A stretch of 58,984 bases of DNA, filler included, from Sphacelaria rigidula (Eukaryota), in NCBI GenBank assembly GCA_964200075.2. It is 3 parts of 3 records of this genome, joined end to end, with 100 filler letters (N's around TTAATTAATTAA, not from the genome) between each part and the next. Parts side by side here need not be neighbours in the genome. Positions count along the whole stretch, not along the records: positions 1 to 19,609 come from CAXNAA020000640.1; positions 19,710 to 39,299 come from CAXNAA020000641.1; 1 more part is not named here. One strand, given 5' to 3'. This document shows, piece after piece, positions 13,501 through 22,799 of the stretch. The notes under the pieces were generated by a model. The model did not search any database and had not been told where the DNA came from. It saw only the letters and a list, made by a program, of their open reading frames with translations. Both the position numbers and the translations under genes were made by a program. Numbering within the stretch: position 1 is the stretch's first letter; each line of letters begins with the position of its first letter.

Positions 13501-15189
13501 CGAGTAGATGATTGTGCTCTTGGCAGTCAGCTGTTTTTTTTTTTCTTGCATATGGTGTTGTTGGCCAAGGTACAACATGTTGGCACGTTGTGGCTTGCTT
13601 GAGTGTTGTCTACTTTGATCCCCTTCACGAGTGCCTTGCTTTTTAGTTCGTTGCTTTGCAGACGTTGCAATCGTGTCTTCTCTTCATTCCTTTGGTGTGT
13701 CAACTGAATAGGTTGTCTTCGACAAGTTCGACCGCTCCCACGCCGGTCAAATCAGGGGACGAGATTTGCGGGAGTTTTTAGGAAGGGAGCTGGACGATTC
13801 AGACATCAACAACATGCTGAGGGAAGCGGGCGTGCAGCACGGTGGAAGGTATTTTTTTTCCCGTGGTTGAAGAGTCGCTTTTGTTCACTCGTTGCAGTGA
13901 TACTATTCAGGACGCGGTCTGGAAAGGATGCACCCTGCTTGGAAGGGATGCTTCCGCTTCGTCTTTTGTTCTCGGTATTTCCACCGTACTACATAGCGTC
14001 GGCACCTTACATGTCTGTTGTGCCTTTGTTTTGGTGTAAGTGTGGCCTTCTTTGGGTCTTCTGGAGTCCGCAGCTTTGCTTCGTAGAATGGAATTCACCC
14101 ACACGAAGACAACAACAAGAAAATGTAACCCTAGTGTGAACATCAGTAACCGTGTGTGGGGAAAAATATTACAACAGTTTTCACACAAAGATTCTATCAC
14201 CTCTGTGTGCTTGGTGACTACGTTGCCCCGGATTGGAATCCTGGCCCGATCACCAAAATAGTGGAGAAAAGCATCATGGTTGAGCGGGCAACGAAGAATA
14301 GTCGGACAAGGGATAGCGAGAAACCAAGCACAGTTTTCACTGTCGCGAACATTTTTGCTACAGAGACAATTGGCTTGGCACCGAACACATGTAACAGCCG
14401 CGTGAAGAAGAAAGGTGCAGGAGTATCCCCCGAAGCTCTGATCAACAGTCGGCGAAAAAGGTTACCACACGCCGGACAACTTATCTCATATTACTCATTT
14501 TCGTACAACCCAGCTGTTGAGATGTACTGTATAACTCAGTGGTATCTATTTCCACTGGCAGAGCTATATTGTACAGCAGCTCAGCGGTACCATTTCCCAT
14601 CAGCTGATTTATATGGTATAACCCAGCGGTACCTTTTCCCATTGGATCGGTCATACCGCAGAAGTGAGTCAACTCATGAGTTGTCCGACGTGTGAAAGGT
14701 ACCCCTTCGAATCTCTTCTTGTCAAACCCCCCACGAAGCGCCTCTCGTACCTCATAAAAGGGTGAGTTGATGTGAACACTATCCTATGAAGAGTTCGTAC
14801 GATGGCACGAGTGTCGGACAGAGACTCACCACCTCTCGCTCGTCCTTTTTATTTATTTCATATACCTCGACTGACCACGGTACTTTGGTATGGGGCAAGA
14901 GCGAGCGCAAGACCCCAAATATGTGAACCATGGGCGGAAGCATGGGTTGACGACGGCAGCCTCACATGTGCACTTTGGCACGCAGTGGTATTTGAGGACA
15001 CTTCTACACCACCGATGTTGTTGAGTCATCGAAAATCCACTCATTCCTTTCCCTTGCGGGCCCCGTGCATACACCCTGGATGTCTTCTTCGGCAGCATGA
15101 ATTTCGAAGAGTTCAAGGATCTGATGCAGGGAACGTTGGCCGCACCGTCGCTCACCCGCTCTGGAAGTTGCCCCGTGCCAGGCATCTGA
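730..15189 (+). CDS. CDPK: Calcium-dependent protein kinase-like Ser/Thr kinase (kinase domain + junction + four degenerate EF-hands), 5'-partial, 14 exons, about 576 aa visible
   Basis: Exons 730-933, 2386-2566, 2816-2893, 3690-3781, 4361-4427, 4862-4960, 5282-5365, 6771-6916, 8283-8448, 10102-10230, 12056-12237, 13268-13340, 13712-13848, 15096-15189 (TGA). All are AG/GT bounded and phase-compatible. The spliced protein has LGVGISGLV, AMK, EIMVMSQLNHPNI, ELCTGGEL, HRDLKLEN, DFG, GTPYSIAPE, DLWSVGV, DPRKRMTGEQALNHPWL, a CDPK junction (IKKLVLRMIAYTL) and four EF-hand-like loops. No start codon was identified; the first exon is the least certain. Confidence 0.93.
1162..1561 (+). mobile_element. 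tRNA-derived SINE-like element (family A) ending in an (AC)n tail
   Basis: Pol III A-box-like GGCTCAGTTGG (~1177) and B-box-like GGTTGGAATC (~1220). The body is homologous to 5013-5143 (CTCACACCATGCCCAACAGTGGAGAGCGATTATG vs CTCACACAATGCCCAACAGCGGAGAGCGACTATG). Ends in an AC microsatellite. Confidence 0.6.
1517..1561. repeat. (AC)n microsatellite, about 22 units
   Basis: Direct reading. Confidence 0.97.
2216..2293. mobile_element. Very short piggyBac-like MITE (TTAA-CCC...AAGGG-TTA)
   Basis: Starts TTAACCCCTTGACCGCGTGGGTAGGTCAT, has the core TTTTTCAAGTGAAATTGATGC and ends AAGGGTTA. Homologous to 21163-21268 and 38196-38302. Confidence 0.55.
5013..5143 (+). mobile_element. 3'-truncated copy of tRNA-derived SINE family A
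   Basis: GTGGTTCAGTCGGTAACCTCGAA...GATTTGAATCTC head and a body matching 1162-1300. Confidence 0.6.
7262..7800. mobile_element. MITE / non-autonomous DNA transposon with internal sub-repeats (CDPK intron)
   Basis: Perfect 11-bp TIR CTCGGTAGGGT (7262-7272) / ACCCTACCGAG (7790-7800). Repeated internal CCCGACAGTTCTGTGAGTTCTG-like motifs and a duplicated block (AAATACCCGGTTG..GGTAAGGGTT). Confidence 0.75.
8730..9010 (+). mobile_element. Degenerate tRNA-derived SINE (family B)
   Basis: B-box-like GGGTTTGAATCCCG (~8751). Body motifs GGTGCGAGAGTGCCGGT and CGGACTCGT are shared with the minus-strand element at 23235-23752. Boundaries approximate. Confidence 0.5.
10785..10852 (+). mobile_element. tRNA-like SINE head (family B)
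   Basis: GCCACTATCAGGGTCGAGAAAACGTGAGTTTGATTCCC matches the reverse complement of the head near 23680-23750 (GCCACCATTAGGGTGGAGACAACATGAGTTCGATTCCC). Confidence 0.5.
14466..14694. mobile_element. hAT-like MITE with three internal ~43-bp repeats
   Basis: TIR CACACGCCGGACAACTTAT / ATGAGTTGTCCGACGTGTG (2 mismatches). Flanks AAAGGTTAC / AAAGGTAC resemble an 8-bp TSD. Internal repeats contain CAG(C/T)GGTA(C/T)C. Confidence 0.65.
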
Positions 15190-18100
15190 TGATCATTGGA
15201 CGACTGTGGTTGCCCGGTGTTTCGGGTGTGGAGTGAATGACTACACGGGTCGTTGTGATGGAAATGCCTCGCGTATTTGTGATGGAGGACGACAGTAGCC
15301 TGCATCTGGTGTGTGGATCAAACGGGTGAAACGGATGTTCGTTTGGTGCAATTCATGGCCCGTCTTGTATATAAGGTGGTGGAGGTGCTGCAGGTGTCAG
15401 TGGTGAACGTGATGCCAACATGGTGGGCGTAACCGTGCCTGTGTGAGTGGAGCGCTGAGAGTAGTGTTGCAGGAGAGAAGAGTAGAAGCGCGTTCCCTGT
15501 TCCGCAGGGTGTTTATGTTTGTGCGTGTGCTCGTGTGTGCGTTTTCGAATAGTGATGTTTGATGCTTGGATGCGCGCGGCTGCTAGTATTTTGTGTTATC
15601 CGATCGTCGGAATGGGTTGTCCTCGCACAGTATGCACTGGGGGACACGGGATGAAGGTCGAAACCGCGGAGATCACAGAAGTCACGAAAACGACAAAAAC
15701 CGACCGGATGGAAGGAGAGCAGCAAGCAAGTCGCGACCTACCACTTTGTTCGTTTTGAAGATGCTAGTGACGAATGCCTGGCGGCCTATTTATAGGGAGT
15801 GGCGCCCTAATCTCCAGCGTCAACTGAAGTTGGGCGAAATGCGCTGTGGCAATGGAGGAGGCGTAGAGGGCGCTCGAGCGCGTTCATGTGAAAGTTATAT
15901 ATAGTATACTTAGGGAGAGGGATGAAAGGTCCTTGCAGGGTTTGCGAGTCGCATGGGTGGTCGTTGCGGGTTCAGCGTTCTGACAGCAGCGGATGGGAAC
16001 GTAACTCTGCACGAGTCAAGTCAAGTTAAGTTAAGTCAAGTCGAGTTTTCTTCAGCGAGTCTTGCCGTTTTATTCAATTTTTAGCTTTTAACTTGGGTAA
16101 GGTGCGTCTGTCTGTATTGTGGCCGCGGCTAGATTTCTTTGTGCTCGGTAGATGTGATTTGCAACAATCGAACAACAAATCGATCCATTGATCAATGCCG
16201 TTTGAACCTTGTTTGTCCTTGTACATGCAGGGTAATGTTCACTTGAGATCCTACCTTTTAGTGTACCCGGTGGGTTTCTTTTACTCGCTGATTGGAGGAT
16301 CGGCCGTATCTTGTGGCTCGTGTGTGCAAATTAGCCGTGCTTGAAGGCGTGCGGTTGTGCTTATATGCATCGGGAGTATGTCGGATGTTGAGTGCATTGT
16401 TGTTTGATATTTGTTTCGTTCGATAGACATGTGCGCCCAGGGGGAGGGGGGAGGGGGCGGGTTTACAGGGTGCATGATGAAAGCGCAGATGAGTAGCCCA
16501 GATATTCAAATTAGACATTTTATATCAGTTTCCAAACACGTAGTGATCAATCATTTTTCATTCCTGGGTGACTCTGGCAACACGTACTTGAACCAGGGGG
16601 GGAAAGATTGCTTTTGCGTTCTAATGGCGTTCTAATGGAGAGCAAACGTGGTTGTACAAATTTTTTCGTTCCAAAGTTCATACATGTGTAAATGTATCGA
16701 AAACAGGTGGGAGTAAGCAAGCTCTTTGTGTTGACTCTTCTCGAAATCACGATTGTCGGTGTGTCACTACGGCAGCACATGAACACAATGTGCTCGAGCA
16801 ATGAGGAACAGTACATTGCATCTAAAGCGGGGGATGGACGGGGTGGGCGGACGGGCGGGAGACTTCGTTTTTATTTATTTAGGCAAAAGGGGATCGTGCC
16901 TGGTGCACGGTGTCTTTTGAGTGATATCTTGTGAAGATGCGCAGAGCAGGCATGCACGGTACAGAACGGAAATAGTGCTGCGGCCATATGACGTGTTGCC
17001 CAACAATTTTCACAGCAGCACCCACACGAACCGGGAAATATTGATAACGGCTGTGATGTTTGTATCATGCACTTCCACACGGTGTACATGTGTGCTGTGT
17101 AGTGACTTCATTAGATGTAGGTAACACTCCAGTGCCACTATAGCCATGTGCGTGGTAGGGGGCACAAGGAAGTCGGTGATAGGGAGCACGTATGGGGAGG
17201 GACGGGGCAAAAGGCATCGCTTGTCTGACGCTTTTGATGGAAATAGGCGAGAAAGTGGGCGAAACAGAAGAAAAAAGCTTTCAGTGATTGGTTTCTGCTG
17301 CGGATCTGGGTGAGGATGAGGTGCGGCAACAATTTTTATCTGCTACCGCGATATTCAGCGTCATCACATGATCATCATGTGTTCTGTTTGATTATTCTGT
17401 TGTGATTCGGAACGCCTCCGTGGGCTGCGTGTCCCTCCTCTGTATGAGTTTCTTGGAATAGCTTCTATCTTGTCGCAGTGCGTGCTTTCTTGCTGTTTTT
17501 CTTGTGGGAAGGAGGATTTTATATTCATGGTGTGGTGGGACAGGATATACGTATACACTGAAGTAGATCGGCGTCTGCCTATGTCAGTCTGGGCGGTGTT
17601 GCAGTTTCCCCTTCGCTGTATTGTGGGGTTCAACGTGCGGACAGCACACTAGCGTGGTGAGTGTATTTTCAATTTATCGGTGTTGTCCTGATACATTCAA
17701 CTCTTTCTGATCGGTGTAATTCTGATTGATATAACGCCTCTTTTGCCCTGTTTAGCTGATCCGACGACAACGAGTTGCCATATTAGCATGACTGCCATGA
17801 GTGGTCTTGTACCGTAGCAGGAACTCTACGGGGGATGTGCGCCCATTCCCCTAGTCAAGAGTTAATTACTTGTGGCGGGCGCTCCGTTCCTTTGCCTTGC
17901 CTCGAAACACACCCATATACAGCATTACAGCATACACGAATACTTACTGCAAGCACGTACGGAGACATGTGCTATTATCGTTGACTCGGTCACGCTTACT
18001 TGAGAGCAGATCCATGTTATTTTCCGTTTTTTGTTGTTCTGCGTTTCACACGGCGCGGCGTGGCTGTGTTCGGGGGTCAACAACGATGATCCGAGGAGCA

Positions 18101-19609
18101 GGTCAGCTACAGCACGATACAGCCCTGCCGAACGATCACTCCTCCCAGCCAATTCCAATCCCAATTGCACGAAGTGAACTTGGTTTCTGCTGCGGGTAAA
18201 AACTCAACTAAGTGGTTTTTTGCGACCTGATTCTTGCGACCCGAGTCTTGCGATAGTTTTTTTGCTAATTTTTTCCACTCTAAAACCCCTATCGATTTCA
18301 GTTTTTTGGGGATAACTTCGTCAAACAGACACCAAAGGCATCCTGCTCCAAGGGGCACCTGGACACGCAGCAGTTGCCGCTGCCTACCTAGTATCATCCC
18401 ATCCTCCAAATCGGAGTGTTGAGTGAGAACGCCCAGCGTTTGGTACCCATGTACAAGGAAGGATGATCATCTAATATCATGCTCCAAAACCTACCTGACA
18501 AGGGGGCAACACCCTCGTACAGACAGTAGCGATGCCAGCGGATCCTACGTCCTGACAGTCTGTGATAGTCTGGCAGCCGGCAAGGTGGTTATGGCGGTGC
18601 CCTTCGGGCGATGTCAACTTACAGTGCACTGGAGCAGATCGAGTTCGTAGGTGAATTTTCGGCGATTGCCTCACCTGCAGTTCGCCCAGATGTTGCGGAT
18701 TTTTTCTCGATATCACATACATGTACATGTAGCTCGCGGCGAGGCGTGATATCCTGCGTGCACGTTGGCCGCGGTACAAGCGGGTGGATTCATGATGTGG
18801 CGGACTGCGTAGGACAACGCGAAATCAATGCAGGACAGGGATAGGCTAAGGATGCGGGGCCCTGCGGTGTGGTTTGTTACCCTGTACCCTGCCGCTGTGC
18901 AGTGAGCAGGTAGTACCGCCGAACGCATCACGCTGCGGTTGGTACGCAGTGTTGGCTTCACACCAATAGTGTAACTAACCTCTGCTTTGAACCAAATAAA
19001 ACGCACTGAACTGAATTAAACGCGCGGAGCGCGTTATTTTTTAGCAGCACGCGCGCTACTCATAGCGCGTGCTTTTTCCGTGTTGCCGACATCGTGCCAG
19101 CGCGCCTGTTCACCACAGCTAGCAGCCCGTCATGGTATTGCTCCTCATGTTTCATCACGCTTTATTCGAAATTGGAAAGGCACGCTCGTGGCAGGCGGCG
19201 TGCTGTTCTCTGAGTGTCGTCCCCCCTTCACCCCTTGAATCGCCCGGTGTAGAGTGTAGGGAGAAGAAGACGGGTGCAGTCTATGCTGCTAATAGAAGGA
19301 AGATAAAAAAATGATATGTACCCGGTCGGATATCATGAGGAGAGATGGTGGTAGCAGATATGCGGCGATGATGTCCGAAAAGAAGAGGTAGACAGGAAGG
19401 TGGTCAGCATTATTTGAAATATGTTGGCGCAAAGAGCAGTAGGGCAAAGGATACCCGATGCAAGGGAAGAACTGAGAAAAAAGTCTCAGACAGATGCGAT
19501 CCCCGCAGTAGTCTAGAGACGAAGTGCATAGTCTGCATATAACAGCAAATTGTGAGAATTGAGGTTTAACTCTGAATTGAGGCTCAAGTGGGCAACCCAA
19601 CTTGCGAAC

Positions 19610-19709
19610 NNNNNNNNNNNNNNNNNNNNNNNNNNNNNNNNNNNNNNNNNNNNTTAATTAATTAANNNNNNNNNNNNNNNNNNNNNNNNNNNNNNNNNNN
19701 NNNNNNNNN
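19610..19709. other. Artificial contig-joining linker (N44-TTAATTAATTAA-N44)
   Basis: 100-nt spacer containing a six-frame stop 12-mer at 19654-19665; identical to the spacer at 39300-39399. Confidence 0.98.
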
Positions 19710-20582
19710 AAAGTATCCAAGACGTGTGGTGGCTATTTTCCCTGTTTGGGGGTCAAAAATCTTGTCAAATGTCCTAAAAGTGGAAAATACGAGCCAAACA
19801 AAATACGAACCGGAAAAAACGGCCCAAGGGTTAAATCGGTGCCGATGCCGGCGGTTCGAGCAAATAATCCCCAAGCCGAGAACACCTGTAATCGGTGCTC
19901 CCCCCTCGAAGATCCGAATATATGTAAAAAACATGCTCAAGTGAAATGCAGCCGTGAATTTCCGATGAGGTCTCGTAAACTGTTCTGATTCTGAACGTGC
20001 GCAGTGGAAGTCGTGAAGATCCAACCCATCCGTTCCCCTGCGTGAATCATTCACATGGAACGCGAAGAACCATTGTCGACTGCTCAAAGACTACGAACCC
20101 TTTCGGGACCGGACCCTCATGAACCCTTTTGGGACTGAAGTTCACTGACACCATGTTCACCATGTGTTCGTAAAATAATAATAAACAAGTCTGGGAGTGA
20201 TCTGTCCGATCAGGGCGAGGCAAAATTTATCGACCACATCAGAACGACCAGTGGAGGGGGGCTGTTGCGGGCAGTGATATCACTGCAAGGTTGGTGTACC
20301 CTGTTCCCGGCCCAGAAAAAAGCCTTCGAAGCATAAGAAACCCCAAGTTGTCGGGGCTCGGATTCCCAATTTTTTCAATATTTACTTGCATTTTACGTGG
20401 GCCCGACCTCCCAACCCCCGATTTGTTTTGGGTCACCATCCTACAGTAAACTCTAGTTGATGAAACTAACACGTAGTGCTCGGGGGATATTCGGGTATAA
20501 GTGTACCCTGCTATGTATGTGATCATGTTCACAAGGCGACTCAAAGTAGCGACGTTGTGGGACGAGAGACGGAGCTAGAGGC

Positions 20583-20923
20583 ATGAGCTCTGCGTATCCC
20601 TCTGTCGAGGCGGTACAAGCGGCGGTTAGGTCGTATGTAATCGACGGTGACGAACGAGCTGTGTATAGGCATCTGATCTCCGTTGCGGAGGACTGCCCAG
20701 CACATGTGAGGAGGTATGAAGCGGCATAGCCGCTGCTACAGTGTACTGCATCTGCGGCGCAACGCTCATGCCGTTCGAAGAGAATTCGCCGCTTACAACA
20801 GAAAGAGAAATCGCGGCCCACCCCGACCACAAAGGGTGGTGTAGCAAGGTGATGGGGACAACATCCACGGCCACAAGTGGCGGGCGGCGGTTGCCACATC
20901 CCCTTGAAAGCTCTCCACGGTGA
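20583..20923 (+). pseudogene. Frameshifted copy of the repeat-borne small ORF
   Basis: MSSAYPSVEAVQAAVRSYVIDGDERAVYRHLISVAEDCPAHVRRYEAA* (TAG 20727-20729), continuing in another frame as ...EIAAHPDHKGWCSKVMGT. Homologous to 21972-22316. Confidence 0.55.
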
Positions 20924-21162
20924 CTTATACTGCTTGATACATGTGAACATTGCCTGATGCACAACACCCGAGTTATAATACAGACAGTTGGTACCTACAC
21001 CTCAAAATAGGTTGGATGAAACTTTCGATCTTCCTCCGAATCTGCGGTTTTACATACATACGTGAATATTCAGCAACATGAAGCCACTGTGTCATGCATA
21101 AGCAGGAAACGTCATCCCTAACCAGCCTCCTTGGTCGTTCTGGAGGCCCAGTGCCAAAAGGG

Positions 21163-21268
21163 TTGACCCCTACACCCCGAGGGTAGTCTATCTGGATCAT
21201 GAATACTTTTTTCAAGTGAAATTGATGCCGATTCAATAGATGACCTACCCTAGCGGTCTAAGGGTTGC
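21163..21268. mobile_element. ~105-bp piggyBac-like MITE between the two tandem units
   Basis: The right end AGATGACCTACCCTAGCGGTCTAAGGGTT reverse-complements to AACCCTTAGACCGCTAGGGTAGGTCATCT, matching the left end of the copy at 2216. Shares the core TTCAAGTGAAATTGATGC. Confidence 0.6.
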
Positions 21269-21971
21269 ATTGTTGCCGGTGCCGGCGGTTCAAGCAAATA
21301 TTCCCCAAGTCGAGAGCACCTGTAATCGGTGCTCCCCCGTGAAGATCCGAATATATGTAAAAACATGATCAAGTGAAATGCAGCTGTGAATTTCCGATAA
21401 TGTCTCGTAAACTGGTCTGATACTGAACGTGCGCGGTGGAAGCCGTAAAGATCCAACCTATCCGTTCCCCCGCATGAATCATTCACATGGAAGATGAAGA
21501 ACCGTCGTCGATTGCCGAAGACTTTCGAACCTTTCGGGAGCGGGCCCTGACTAACACAGGATCGACCCGGTGTTGGTGAAATTATTGAAAACATGTCTTC
21601 GAGCGACCTGCCCAATCACGGCGAGGCGAAATTTATTGACCAGACCCGAACGACCAGCGCGGGGATTGTTGTCGAGTGTGATGCCACTGCAAAGATCGTG
21701 TGGGGGCTCTATCCCTGGCCCAGATAAGCCTTCCCAGGTTTCCAGGTTGATCGCAGCTTGGTTTTATGGTACTACTTGCACTCAGTATACCGTTCCCGAG
21801 TTTTTCCGGTGTGATTTTTTGAGGTCACAAATGTATACTGGAACGTAGCAATTTACACTAACACAGGGTGGACCGGAAAAAACCGGGAAGGAGTGTACAT
21901 GCCACAATGTGGTCATTTTCACGAGGCACAAAATCCAGGTGGGCTGTGGAAAGACAGCAGGAGCTACCATC

Positions 21972-22316
21972 ATGAATTCGGCGTATCCCTCTGCCGATGA
22001 CTTGCAGTGTGCAGTCCACATGTATGTAGTGGACGGGGATGACAACACTGTATATAGGCAGCTGATTTCGGTAGCTGAGAATGGCCCAGAATGTGCAAGG
22101 GAGTATGCAGCGGCAGCTGCTTCAGTCGGAGAGGCGTACTACACTGTACTATACTATACTGTTGTATGCATGAATTTGCCGCATGTAACAAGGGGGGAAA
22201 TGGCGGCGTACCCCGACCACAAAGGGCTGTGTGGCAAGGTGATGGGTACAAATTTATCATCCAAAGCCACAAGTGGTCGCCGCATCCTGTTGGAAGCTCC
22301 CTACCACGGCTCATAG
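21972..22316 (+). other. Open 114-codon ORF of unknown function inside the repeat unit
   Basis: MNSAYPSADDLQCAVHMYVVDGDDNTVYRQLISVAENGPECAREYAAA...EMAAYPDHKGLCGKVMGT. 28 of the first 48 residues are identical to the copy at 20583, with many synonymous differences. Confidence 0.45.
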
Positions 22317-22799
22317 TGCTTGCTACATCAGATGTACACCTAATGGGCACTCTGCACCTGAAATAAGATTGGATGAAACTTTCGGCCTTCGTCATAACCC
22401 TGCGGTTGTATACGCGGATTTTCAGCAACACGCCAATGTTTCGTGCAGACGCTAGACACGTCATTCCTGACCAGCGTCATTGGTCGTTCTGGAGGCCCGG
22501 TCCCAAAAGGGTCAATAGAAACCTTTCAAAACCATTTATTCCATACAGTTTTCCGCTGTTGTAATATTCCCCGCATACATACATCTGCAGTGTTCTCCCG
22601 CTTTGATCTATCTGCCTGCACGTGTGTGTGTTTTGTTTTTCTCGTTCATTTTTTTTTCCCTTGGATACGTGGATGTGCATCCATCTATCTTGCGACCAAC
22701 GATGTATGCATGCCCTCGAAGAGAATCAGTGAATGTGGAATAAAAAAAATAATCATCGCCCATCATCCAATCGATCAACCCATGTGTGAAAAACGTCAG

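Larger units (their letters stand above)
19832..22511 (+). mobile_element. Two diverged tandem copies (~19832-21162 and ~21269-22511) of a ~1.3-kb repeat unit with piggyBac-like inverted motifs and a small ORF
   Basis: Collinear homology between copies (e.g. GCCGGCGGTTC.AGCAAATA, GAAGATCCGAATATATGTAAAAA, CCCGACCACAAAGGG, TGGTCGTTCTGGAGGCCC). Inverted motifs CCCTTTCGGGACCGG (20098; variant at 21530) vs CCGGTCCCAAAAGGG (ends 22511; variant ends 21162). Confidence 0.8.

Noticed and set aside
18300..19609. Possible minus-strand exons or retroelement remnant (donor-like sites near 18497 and 18674; hairpin near 19047-19072)
   Set aside because: No consistent frame or recognisable domain could be built.
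19654..19665. TTAATTAATTAA as a biological motif or piggyBac target site
   Set aside because: It is embedded in Ns and repeated identically at 39344, so it is an assembly spacer.
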